In this document: piece after piece, positions 51,983 through 61,783 of the stretch | Layout of the letters: each line of letters opens with the position of its first letter | Position numbering within the stretch: position 1 is the stretch's first letter | Origin: Chlamydiales bacterium | Lineage (GTDB): Bacteria; Chlamydiota; Chlamydiia; Chlamydiales; JAAZZY01 | Direction: 5' to 3' | Length of the DNA: 64,000 nucleotides | Assembly (NCBI GenBank): GCA_965206695.1 | Contig: CBDBKM010000010.1 | Span: forward strand, 1-64,000 | Notes under the pieces: model-generated | Databases searched by the model: none | The model's input: the letters and a program-made list of their open reading frames with translations, nothing else | Told to the model about the DNA's origin: nothing | Translations under genes and position numbers: made by a program

Positions 51983-52342
51983 CATATAAAATAGATTATC
52001 AAGCTAACAAAGAGAGGTCTTGTGAGTTCGATTAAGGAAAAAACGGATGAGGCGGGTATTGCTCTGAAAGAAATGGGGAAAACAGAATTAAAACTTTGTT
52101 TTATGCCTAACCCTTCCAGGATTTGTATTAAAGAAACATTTTCTTTTAAAAAAGAGAAAAAACCTATTGTAATTGATGGAAATTTATTAGTGTCTTTTTA
52201 AAAGAAGTAGTATCTAGTAATGCTTTTTTTAATTTAATTGAATCTTGAATCCAAATCAATTGACACTAATCAATTGATTTGGTTATCCTTCTTTTCTTAT
52301 ATTTCTCCTATAGACGTAAAAATTGTAAATTCAGGGGTTCCG

Positions 52343-52660
52343 ATGTACGCAATTATTAAAACAGGTGGTAAGCAATATCGCGTTACGAAAGGTGATATAA
52401 TTGATGTTGAGTTACTTGATGGAAAACAAAATAAAAATGTAACTTTTGGTGATGTACTCTTCTTCCATGATGGAAAAACGCCTAATATTGGAGATCCGAT
52501 TATTTCTGAATGCAGTGTTGTGGCGGAATTAGTTGAAGAGGTTAAGGGACCTAAAGTTATTGCTTTTAAGTATAAGCGTCGTAAGAATTATCATCGCAAA
52601 GTTGGTCATAGACAACGATATAGCCGTGTGAAAATCATCGATATAAAAAGCGCCAAGTAA
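52343..52660 (+). CDS. rplU: 50S ribosomal protein L21
   Basis: MYAIIKTGGKQYRV...GHRQ. Start moved to 52343, after AGGGG. Confidence 0.97.
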   Translation: MYAIIKTGGKQYRVTKGDIIDVELLDGKQNKNVTFGDVLFFHDGKTPNIGDPIISECSVVAELVEEVKGPKVIAFKYKRRKNYHRKVGHRQRYSRVKIIDIKSAK

Positions 52661-52673
52661 AGGAGACGGTTGA

Positions 52674-52925
52674 ATGGCTCATAAGAAAGGTCAAGGTTCT
52701 ACTCGTAATGGACGAGATTCTATTTCTAAGCGGTTAGGAGTCAAACGATCAAATGGTCAGTTTGTTCGCGCCGGTAGTATTATTATTCGTCAGAGAGGTA
52801 CAAAGTGGCACCCATCAAGAAATGTAGGAAGAGGAAATGATGATACTCTTTTTGCTTTAATCGATGGCACGGTTTCTTTCCGAAAAGGGAAGAAAACGTA
52901 CGTTACGGTCCAATCTGTTAGTTAG
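52674..52925 (+). CDS. rpmA: 50S ribosomal protein L27
   Basis: [16 protein letters not shown]...IIRQRGT. Confidence 0.98.
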   Translation: MAHKKGQGSTRNGRDSISKRLGVKRSNGQFVRAGSIIIRQRGTKWHPSRNVGRGNDDTLFALIDGTVSFRKGKKTYVTVQSVS

Positions 52926-52946
52926 AGATTTTCTGCTTAAATTTTA

Positions 52947-52986
52947 AAATAGAGTAATATGAATTTGTATTGATATTACTCTATTT
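52947..52986 (+). promoter_or_regulatory. 14-bp inverted repeat between rpmA and obgE (possible attenuator/terminator)
   Basis: AAATAGAGTAATAT / ATATTACTCTATTT with a 12-nt loop, ending just before the obgE GGAGG. Confidence 0.45.
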
Positions 52987-53005
52987 GTTTCCGGAGGTTT
53001 TTTAG

Positions 53006-54031
53006 ATGTTCACCGATAGGATTAAAGTACAGCTTATTGCCGGAAAGGGCGGTAATGGTATCGTTGCGTGGCGACGGTTACGTTATATCCCTAAAGGAGG
53101 CCCTACCGGTGGTAATGGAGGCCACGGTGCTTCTATTATTTTGAAGGCAGATACTCAAATATCAGCGTTAGATTGGTATCGTAATAGACGCATCATAAAA
53201 GCTGATAACGGTACTATTGGGGGCGTTAATAGGCGCCAAGGCAAAAGAGGGAAAGATTTAATTCTTAAAGTCCCTTGCGGTACTCTTGTAAAAGACTCTA
53301 CGACAAATGAATTACTATGTGATCTTGTTGATGATCAACAAATTTTTTTGATCTGTCAAGGCGGTAGAGGCGGATTAGGAAATGCATGTTTTGCCACTCC
53401 TACCAATCAAGCTCCCAACTATTCTACTCCCGGTAAAGAAGGAGAAATCAAGGACATTGAACTTGAGCTTAAGCTGATTGCTGATGTTGGATTAGTAGGT
53501 TTTCCTAATGCCGGAAAATCAACTATGATTTCAGCAATGACCAATATGAGCAGTAAAATCGGTGCTTATCCATTCACTACACTTAAACCGAATCTTGGCT
53601 TTATTGAATTGAATGACTATTCTCGTATTGTTATTGCCGATATTCCGGGGATTATTGAAGGAGCTCATCAAAATCGAGGATTAGGATTAGAGTTCTTAAG
53701 GCATATTGAACGAACTAAATTACTTCTTTATGTTTTAGATATCTCAGGTATTGATGGGCATCAAGCTATTGATGATTTTACAATCCTAAAAGGAGAAATT
53801 AGAGCTTACAATCCTGAGATGCCGGGTAAGCCCTATTTAGTTGTTCTCAATAAAATGGATCTTATAGGCTCTAATGAGCCTATTGAAGCCTTTAAAAGGG
53901 CTCATCCTATTGATAAAGATCTTATATTTGAAATCTCTGCAAGCAATGATCAAGGTCTTGAAGAGTTAAAGCATAAAATGGCATCTCTTTTAATGAATCA
54001 ATCTAACATTTCAGTATGTCAAGCAGTCTAA
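53006..54031 (+). CDS. obgE: GTPase ObgE/CgtA
   Basis: Gly-rich Obg fold; ADVGLVGFPNAGKS; YPFTTL; DIPG; NKMD. Confidence 0.97.
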   Translation: MFTDRIKVQLIAGKGGNGIVAWRRLRYIPKGGPTGGNGGHGASIILKADTQISALDWYRNRRIIKADNGTIGGVNRRQGKRGKDLILKVPCGTLVKDSTTNELLCDLVDDQQIFLICQGGRGGLGNACFATPTNQAPNYSTPGKEGEIKDIELELKLIADVGLVGFPNAGKSTMISAMTNMSSKIGAYPFTTLKPNLGFIELNDYSRIVIADIPGIIEGAHQNRGLGLEFLRHIERTKLLLYVLDISGIDGHQAIDDFTILKGEIRAYNPEMPGKPYLVVLNKMDLIGSNEPIEAFKRAHPIDKDLIFEISASNDQGLEELKHKMASLLMNQSNISVCQAV

Positions 54032-54873
54032 GCTGTTTTAATGCGTCTAGATCTAATACTTAAGCAGAGCATGTAAACAATAGCAGCTGTTAAAGCTATA
54101 GTAGCTCCCGTCGGGAGGTTTAAATAGTAAGAAGTGACGGTCCCTGAAAAACAAAAAATAGAGCTGATGATGACAGCGGATACCATCATCCGGACTAAAT
54201 TTTTTGTAAAAATATTCGAAATAGTGGCCGGAATCACCAGCAAGGTTATTGCTAAAATAATACCGACAATTTGAATTAAAAGAACAACTGTTATGGCAAT
54301 AAGCACTAAAAGTAATAGGTATAACGCTTGTACGTTAATGCCTTGCAGTTTTGCCTGCTCTTCATCAAAACAAAGAAGAAGAAAACGATTATAATTGATA
54401 CTGACAATAATTATGACAATAATATCTAAGATAATCAGTAGTATAAGATCGTTGAAACTAACCCATAGAATATTACCTAATAAATAATTATCTAAATCTA
54501 CGTTTGAGCCCGGTGTTCCGGAAAGAAAGAGTACCCCTATCGCCATGCCAACAGACCAAAGAGCGGCGATAACCGAATCCTCTCGTTGACGATAATATAG
54601 ATGAATCCGGCCGATTAATAAAGCGGATAGGATAGCAGCTGCAAAAGCTCCATAAATAGGAGATAACCAATACCAACCGTACATACGATTTAACCATAAG
54701 CAGAGCCCGATACCGGCTAAAACGGAATGAGCAATACCTCCACTAATAAAAGCGATGCGTTTGATGACAACGTAAGATCCTATAACGCCTCCTACTATAG
54801 AAGAAGCTACAGCTGCGATAATGGAATATTGTAAAAGTGGATTAATCAATAAGGCTTGAAAAAAAGGAATCAC
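54028..54873 (-). CDS. Zn/Mn ABC transporter permease (ZnuB-like)
   Basis: GSYVV.KR...GIAHS.LAG; YLLGNIL; FDEEQA; multiple TMs. Confidence 0.92.
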   Translation of the reverse strand: MIPFFQALLINPLLQYSIIAAVASSIVGGVIGSYVVIKRIAFISGGIAHSVLAGIGLCLWLNRMYGWYWLSPIYGAFAAAILSALLIGRIHLYYRQREDSVIAALWSVGMAIGVLFLSGTPGSNVDLDNYLLGNILWVSFNDLILLIILDIIVIIIVSINYNRFLLLCFDEEQAKLQGINVQALYLLLLVLIAITVVLLIQIVGIILAITLLVIPATISNIFTKNLVRMMVSAVIISSIFCFSGTVTSYYLNLPTGATIALTAAIVYMLCLSIRSRRIKTA

Positions 54874-55598
54874 TTTCTCTCCTTTTCATTAATTAGAGGA
54901 TTATGGTGATAAAGACCCATAGTAACGTGTTTACAAACTTCGCTTGGTTCAAGTGAGATAATATTGCCATGTATGCATAACACCTTATGTACATGGTCAA
55001 TAATTTCTTCCAAATCATGAGTGACCATTAAAATAGTCATTTTATCTTTTAAATTTCTTAGCATTCGCTGAATATCGTCTTCAGCTTGAGTATCAACACA
55101 CGCGGTCGGTTCGTCTAATAATAGTAGTTTTGGATCTGATACTAAAGCTCTGGCAATTAAAGCTCGTTGAGCTTGGCCTCCTGATAAGGAACCAAAAGAT
55201 TGATTGATAAATGGAATTAACCCGGCGAACTCAATCCAGTGCATAGCAGCCTGTTTGTCTTCTTTCGTATAAGAACGATACCATGCGGTCTTTGACAGTC
55301 TTCCTGATAAAACAACTTCAAAAAGTGAGATAGGAAAGTATCGATCCAAGTGCAGTACTTGAGGAACATAGCCGATTAATTGACGAGCTTGTCCGGCTGT
55401 TGTGTTATAGATAGCAACTAAGCCTGAATGTGGTCTTAAAAAACCCATGATAAGCTTTAGAAAAGTAGTTTTGCCTCCGCCATTAGGCCCAATAATACTA
55501 ATAAACTCGCCTTCATTTATAGATACGGAAGTGTTGGTGAGTATTAGGGCGTCCGCGTACGAGAAGTTAACGTTTTCAAAATGAATAGCGGTGCTCAT
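54870..55598 (-). CDS. Zn/Mn ABC transporter ATP-binding protein (ZnuC-like)
   Basis: GPNGGGKTT; IGYVPQ; LSGGQ; LLDEP; VTHD. Confidence 0.93.
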   Translation of the reverse strand: MSTAIHFENVNFSYADALILTNTSVSINEGEFISIIGPNGGGKTTFLKLIMGFLRPHSGLVAIYNTTAGQARQLIGYVPQVLHLDRYFPISLFEVVLSGRLSKTAWYRSYTKEDKQAAMHWIEFAGLIPFINQSFGSLSGGQAQRALIARALVSDPKLLLLDEPTACVDTQAEDDIQRMLRNLKDKMTILMVTHDLEEIIDHVHKVLCIHGNIISLEPSEVCKHVTMGLYHHNPLINEKERK

Positions 55599-55602
55599 TT
55601 TG

Positions 55603-56526
55603 TTAAGAAGCCTTTAGTTCAGCAAAGTTTTCAGCAATGTTACGAAGATTATTTATATAGTCTTCGGCATAAGGATCCAGATCAATTGTTGTTATACGTA
55701 ATTCTTGCGCGATACGCTCAGCAGCTTTCGTATTGTATTGTCGTTGCGAAAATATGCGTTCAATATTCGCTTGACGTGCCTGTTGTATAATCTTAGTTAG
55801 TTCTTGAGCAGAGGGATCATGCCCCTCATATTCAATAGATAGTTGGTTTAAGTTATAATCTCTACAAAAGTAAGCAAAGGCAGCATGAGAGACCATAACA
55901 GTACGGTTTTTATTCATTTTTAGAAGATTTGAAATATAATCATCGAGTTGATTAAGCTCCTGAAGTAAATCGCCTAGTTTCCGGTGGAACAAAGCTTCTC
56001 TTTCGGGGTAGTGCTTAATTAAAACGTTAGCAATGAGTTTTACTTGTTCTTTAGCGATTTTAGGGCTTAACCAAGTGTGCGGATCTGCACCTTCTTGCTG
56101 AGTACAGGTACATTGATGATTATGGTGATTATGATAAATTAAATCTAAGCCACTTAGAGTATCGACGATATCTATATTAGGATTGTGTTCTTTAAGGACT
56201 TTTTTTAGTTGATATTCAAAAGGGTCAGACGAAGTAATCCAAATGGATGCATAGCCTAAATTAAGTGTTTGTTTAGGAGTCGGGTCATAAGTGTGAGGGC
56301 TAGACCCGGAAGAGACCAAAACAGTCACAGGTATCGTTTTATCTGAAATATAATCAACAAAAAACTTATAAGGAGCAATACTTACTAAAACAGTATCTTT
56401 GGGTTTAGATTCTTCAACAGAATATGAGCGAGTTAAAAAAAATGAGCTTAAGAATAAACAAGCAATTATAAAAATAAAGAGTTTGTTTCTTCTGAATATA
56501 AAGAACAATTTTAATAAAAGTTTCAT
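55603..56526 (-). CDS. Zn/Mn ABC transporter substrate-binding protein (ZnuA-like)
   Basis: SPHTYDP; His-rich loop; DPHTWLSP; HAAFAYF. Confidence 0.93.
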   Translation of the reverse strand: MKLLLKLFFIFRRNKLFIFIIACLFLSSFFLTRSYSVEESKPKDTVLVSIAPYKFFVDYISDKTIPVTVLVSSGSSPHTYDPTPKQTLNLGYASIWITSSDPFEYQLKKVLKEHNPNIDIVDTLSGLDLIYHNHHNHQCTCTQQEGADPHTWLSPKIAKEQVKLIANVLIKHYPEREALFHRKLGDLLQELNQLDDYISNLLKMNKNRTVMVSHAAFAYFCRDYNLNQLSIEYEGHDPSAQELTKIIQQARQANIERIFSQRQYNTKAAERIAQELRITTIDLDPYAEDYINNLRNIAENFAELKAS

Positions 56527-56659
56527 TATAATATAAATTATAATTTTTGAACGATTAATTCTCTCTTAATAGGTATTATTTAGCAAGCAATATTAAAATA
56601 AAGAAATTATTTTTCTTGAGAGATATGTAATCTATTGATTATCATGCTTAATCTTTTCC

Positions 56660-56746
56660 GGAGGAATGTCTGAGCGGCCGAAGGAGCACGCTTGGAAAGC
56701 GTGTGTACGTTAATTCGTACCGTGGGTTCGAATCCCACTTCCTCCG
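56660..56746 (+). tRNA. tRNA-Ser(GGA)
   Basis: Acceptor stem GGAGGAA/TTCCTCC plus discriminator G; anticodon arm CACGC-TTGGAAA-GCGTG; long variable arm; GGTTCGAATCC T-arm. CCA not encoded. Confidence 0.96.
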
Positions 56747-58545
56747 TCATTGCAACCAATTCGAACCCTTGGTGCCATCATCTAAAAAGGCCAAGGTTTG
56801 AATTTTAGAGTGTGCAATGTAATAAGGTTTTTCTTTAATTAAATTCCCGTTTTCAACCCTGCATTCACCGGGAATCCCTTCCATATAAATAGTTCCTAAT
56901 AATTCTTTTAAAGCTAGCGCTGATCCTGTCGTATTTTGTTGTAGAGTATCGTGTAAACGCTCTAATCGATGCTCTATAGTCGTTTAATTTTACATTGATA
57001 AGATTGCTTGATCAATGGCGAATGTAAAATTCGTAACTTTTCGTAATATCTCTCTAACTTTATTTTTCATATTAGCCCAATATTTTTCTATAGGATTTAA
57101 GTCCGGAGAATATGGAGGAAGAAACATAAGCTTACAACCGGCAGATTCTACTGTTTTCCTGCTTTCCGCTGACTTGTGAAAACCGGCATTGTCAAGAATA
57201 AGAACACTACCGGGTGTAAGCTGAGGAGTCAAAACTTCCTTAAGCCAAATATTGAATAACCCGGTATTACAAGTACCTTCAAAACACATTGGAGATAAAA
57301 ACTGCCCTTTAGATAGGGCTGAAATAATATTTTGCCTTATAAAGCGGTTTCCTGAAACCGCTCCAAAAACTTTTTTGCCGCGTAAGCTTCTTCCGGACTC
57401 ACGAAATAAAAATTGATGAATCCCGGTTTCATCGAGATAAATTCTCTTGTCAAAGGGAATATTTTTTAAATCTTTCATAAAAGCTTCCCGTTTCTTTTCA
57501 TCTCTTTCCTTATAGCGAGTAGTTTTTTTTTTCGTGTAATTTTTAATCTTTTAAGGGCATAAAAAATCGTTTGCGGAGTGACTGAAAAATAATCAGCAAT
57601 TTCCGATAAAAAATAATCCGGATGTTTTTCTACATATTTAGATAACAACTCATCATCTAATTTCTTATAAGCATATTTTCTGCGGATTGGCTTTAAATGT
57701 CCTTTTTGCTTTTTTTGCAAGATCCATCGATATATTGTTGCGATACCTACTTGAAAAATATGGCCGGCTGTTTTTTTATCATGATGTTTTTCTATATGTT
57801 GTCATACTTTCTCTCGAAGATCTACTGAATAGGCTCTAGGCATTGTTTTGTCCTTATTGTTTGTATAAAAAAAGAAGGATAACATATTATCAAATAAAAA
57901 TTAAAGTACTATATCCATTCTTTAGGCGGAGCTTTAAAATTTTTCTCTGTTTGAAATGCTAAGTTTTCTATTTCATGTGTCAGCAATTCGCTCTTTTTCC
58001 CCGCTTCTCCAAGGGCTTCGGATACTGCTTTTGAGAAGTTGCCTACTTTAATAAAGTTTAAATAATTCTGAATTTCGGAGAGAATTTTTTCATGCTGAGA
58101 TTTCTTTTTTTTGATTTTTTCGGGGAGTTCTCCTGAGCCTTGAGCTAATTTTTTTTCAATTGCTTTAAAAACATACTCGATATTTTCAGCAATGAGTAAC
58201 TTTTCTTTGAGTTCGTTTAAGATAATTTTTTCGACCTTATTTCTTGCAATGAGCATTTTATTGTTACAAGTCTTTCTTTTTGCATTATAGCAGCCATAAT
58301 ATCCGCTTCCTTTGCCACTGACTAAAACCATGGCTCCATCACAGGATCGACATTTCATTAATCCTGCAAGCAGATGATTTGGATTGGAATGCACATAGCT
58401 TTTTTGCTGTTGTTGTGCATTCTTTTTAACTGGAAATGCACCTTTGATGTCATTCCATCTATTTTGGGCTTTTTCCCAAGTGTCTTCATCAATGATAGCA
58501 AGTTCCTTTTTCTCAATAAGAATCTGTTCATGTTCTGGTCTTTTA
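56747..58545 (-). pseudogene. C-terminal half of a large serine recombinase (recombinase end, Zn-ribbon, coiled-coil), interrupted by IS630-A copy 5 and truncated by IS982
   Basis: LAIIDEDTWEKAQ...HLLAGLMKCRSCDGAM...GYYGC...C. The frame rejoins across the IS (PKEWI|EHRLERLH...GSNWLQ*), with the stop at 56747-56749. Confidence 0.85.
56975..57913 (-). mobile_element. IS630-A copy 5 (nonsense TGA at orfA codon 14)
   Basis: Reverse complement of the element; same variant ends as copy 2. Confidence 0.95.
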
Positions 58546-58746
58546 ACCTGAGTTTTGGGTTTAAATTACCATAGGTAAAATATCCTGATGCTTTTCCAAC
58601 CTAATCGAAGGCTTTTTTCTTGATGAGAGTACGCAATAAGAGCACCAAGTAAGTTAATAAAAAAATTAGAGATACTACGATGGCGTGTATGTTCTATTTG
58701 CGAAATATTTTTTAATTGATCATTGACTGTTTCAATAATAGACGCC
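58546..58746 (-). mobile_element. IS982-family 3' fragment
   Basis: SIIETVNDQLKNISQIEHTRHRS..NFFINLLGALIAY; terminal AACCCAAAACTCAGGT. Confidence 0.85.
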
Positions 58747-59786
58747 CTTTCAACATTGAAGTGCAACAAATAGGAAGAATTTGAAAATGGCCAAATGCCG
58801 GCAAAATCTCTATAGTAAATTTTTGCAAAAAAAAACTATGGAGGGATTTTTTATGCCTAAAGGCTACCGGCATTTAACCTACGAACAAAGGTGCCAAATA
58901 TGTACTTTAAAAAAAAGAGGAGATTCTGTTGATTCTATTTCGCAGGAATTAAATGTTAATAAAACTACTGTTTATCGAGAGTTAAAAAGAAATAGCTATG
59001 AAGGCAGATATATCTATTTTGCAGCACAAATCAAAACTAAAAGAAGGCGTTCAAAAGCGAGCAGTAAAACAAAGAAAATGACCCCTGAACTACTTATGAA
59101 GATAGAAAGTAAATTACTGCTTCAATGGAGTCCTGTTCAAATATCCGGTCGATTGAAAGAAGAAGAAGGCCTGCTTATCAGCCACGAAAGTATTTATCGT
59201 CATATTTGGAAAGATAAACGAAATTGGGGCAATTTATATAAAAATTTAAGACACAAAGGTAAGAAGTATAAAAAGCGAGGTTCAGATAAAGCAGGCCGAG
59301 GCTGTATTCCCAATAGAGTCGATATTGATAAAAGACCTTGTATTGTCGATGAAAAAACAAGAATAGGAGATTTTGAATTAGATACGATAATAGGCAAAAA
59401 TCATCAAGGAGTGATTGTTTCTATTGTTGATCGTGCTTCTAAATATACGATGCTTATGAAGGTAAAGTCTAAACAAGCCCTCGGTGTTGCCGATGCTTTA
59501 ATTACCTGTTTAAAGCCTGTTAAGGATAGAGTTCACACATTAACAGCAGATAATGGTTTAGAGTTTTCTCGGCATCAAGAAGTAAGTTCAACACTCAAAG
59601 CAGAGTTTTATTTTGCTAAACCCTATCATTCCCGGGAAAGAGGGTTGAATGAACATACGAATGGGTTAGTTAGACAGTATTTGCCTAAGAAAACAAACTT
59701 TAATAATGTGACACAAGAGGATGTAAAAGAGATAGAAAAACTGCTTAATGAAAGACCCGGAAAAAGTTTGAATTTTAAAACACCTA

Positions 59787-61645
59787 TATAGTCATTTAAT
59801 TTTATATTGATAAGATTGCTTGATCAATGGCGAATGTAAAATTCGTAACTTTTCGTAATATCTCTCTAACTTTATTTTTCATATTAGCCCAATATTTTTC
59901 TATAGGATTTAAGTCCGGAGAATATGGAGGAAGAAACATAAGCTTACAACCGGCAGATGCTACTGTTTTCCTGCTTTCCGCTGACTTGTGAAAACCGGCA
60001 TTGTCAAGAATAAGAACACTACCGGGTGTAAGCTGAGGAGTCAAAACTTCCTTAAGCCAAATATTGAATAACCCGGTATTACAAGTACCTTCAAAACACA
60101 TTGGAGATAAAAACTGCCCTTTAGATAGGGCTGAAATAATATTTTGCCTTATAAAGCGGTTTCCTGAAACCGCTCCAAAAACTTTTTTGCCGCGTAAGCT
60201 TCTTCCGGACTCACGAAATAAAAATTGATGAATCCCGGTTTCATCGAGATAAATTCTCTTGTCAAAGGGAATATTTTTTAAATCTTTCATAAAAGCTTCC
60301 CGTTTCTTTTCATCTCTTTCCTTATAGCGAGTAGTTTTTTTTTTCGTGTAATTTTTAATCTTTTAAGGGCATAAAAAATCGTTTGCGGAGTGACTGAAAA
60401 ATAATCAGCAATTTCCGATAAAAAATAATCCGGATGTTTTTCTACATATTTAGATAACAACTCATCATCTAATTTCTTATAAGCATATTTTCTGCGGATT
60501 GGCTTTAAATGTCCTTTTTGCTTTTTTTGCAAGATCCATCGATATATTGTTGCGATACCTACTTGAAAAATATGGCCGGCTGTTTTTTTATCATGATGTT
60601 TTTCTATATACTCATCACGAATAAACCTCCGGATATTTTGTATTCGTATAGTGTAAATTATTTTGTATGAATTCATTTTTAACACTATCAGAAGAAAAGC
60701 ATCTCAGACAGCAACATAAACGAGAAAAGAATGGTCGTATACGAGATCGTATCAAGGCTGTTCTATTGTCGAATAAAGGTTGGAGTAATACTCGTATTGC
60801 TGAAGCTGTGCTTTTAGACGATGAAACAGTGTCTCGTCACATTAAAGAATATCAAAATAAACAGCAATTGCATGTAGAAAGCGGTGGTTCAGTCAGTAAA
60901 CTTCTTGCGCCACAGTCAGAAGAATTCATTAAACATTTAACAACTCATACCTATGTCAAAGTAGAAGAGATCTGTTCTTATGTTCTCGCGAAATATGGCA
61001 TTGTTTATACGATTTCAGGGATGACTTCTTGGCTACACTCACATGGTTTTTCCTATAAAAAGCCTAAAGGTACACCGGCTAAGGCAAATTCTGATCAACA
61101 AAAAGCTTGGATGCAATTTTACGCCAAGCTTATGGCATCTCTGCCTAAAAATGAGCCTGTTGAATTTGCTGATGGTGTACATCCAACTATGGCAACTAAA
61201 ATTTCTTATGGTTGGATTCGACCGGGAACAGATAAATTGATTGCAACAACAGCTTCTCGTACTCGAATGAATCTTATGGGGTCTATCAATTTAAACAGTA
61301 TGAAGGTAACAATATTACAGTCCTAACCTCAATCCCATTGAACGATTATGGAAAGTGATGAATGAATATTGTCGCAATAATCGGTTTTTTAATTCTGCTA
61401 AAGAATTTCGGAGATCGATTACCGGATTTTTTGAAAATACTTGGCCCTCTATTGCTCAATCAATGAGGACACGAATCAATGATCATTTTCAAGTCTTAGA
61501 ATCGGCACTTTGATTCATAAGGGGTATATGTTGTAATACTTTCTCTCGAAGATCTACTGAATAGGCTCTAGGCATTGTTTTGTCCTTACTGTTTGTATAA
61601 AAAAAGAAGGATAACATATTATCAAATAAAAATTAAAATACTATA
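59787..61645 (-). mobile_element. IS630-A copy 6, interrupted by IS630-B copy 2
   Basis: Both ends present. orfA rejoins across 60607-61528 at a duplicated TA. Confidence 0.93.
60607..61528 (+). mobile_element. IS630-B copy 2, same internal deletion as copy 1
   Basis: Near-identical to the reverse complement of 8422-9343. Confidence 0.93.
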
Positions 61646-61783
61646 GAGGTTTTCAATCCGAAGAATTTGTGCTATAATAGAGTACAAGTTTGTTGCACTT
61701 CATAGTTGAAAAGACAAAGGATATAACTTTAGTTCATATGTTGTTATTTCGCTACGTTAAAATCATATCTGACAAAATAGTTT

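Larger units (their letters stand above)
58747..61713 (+). mobile_element. IS30-family element (transposase from 58853), interrupted near its 3' end by IS630-A copy 6
   Basis: YRHLTYEQR, WSP.QIS, ISHESIY, GDFELDT, TADNG.EF, ERGLNEHTNGL.RQY. Inverted ends CCTTTCAACATTGAAGTGCAACAAA / TTTGTTGCACTTCATAGTTGAAAAG. Confidence 0.92.
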
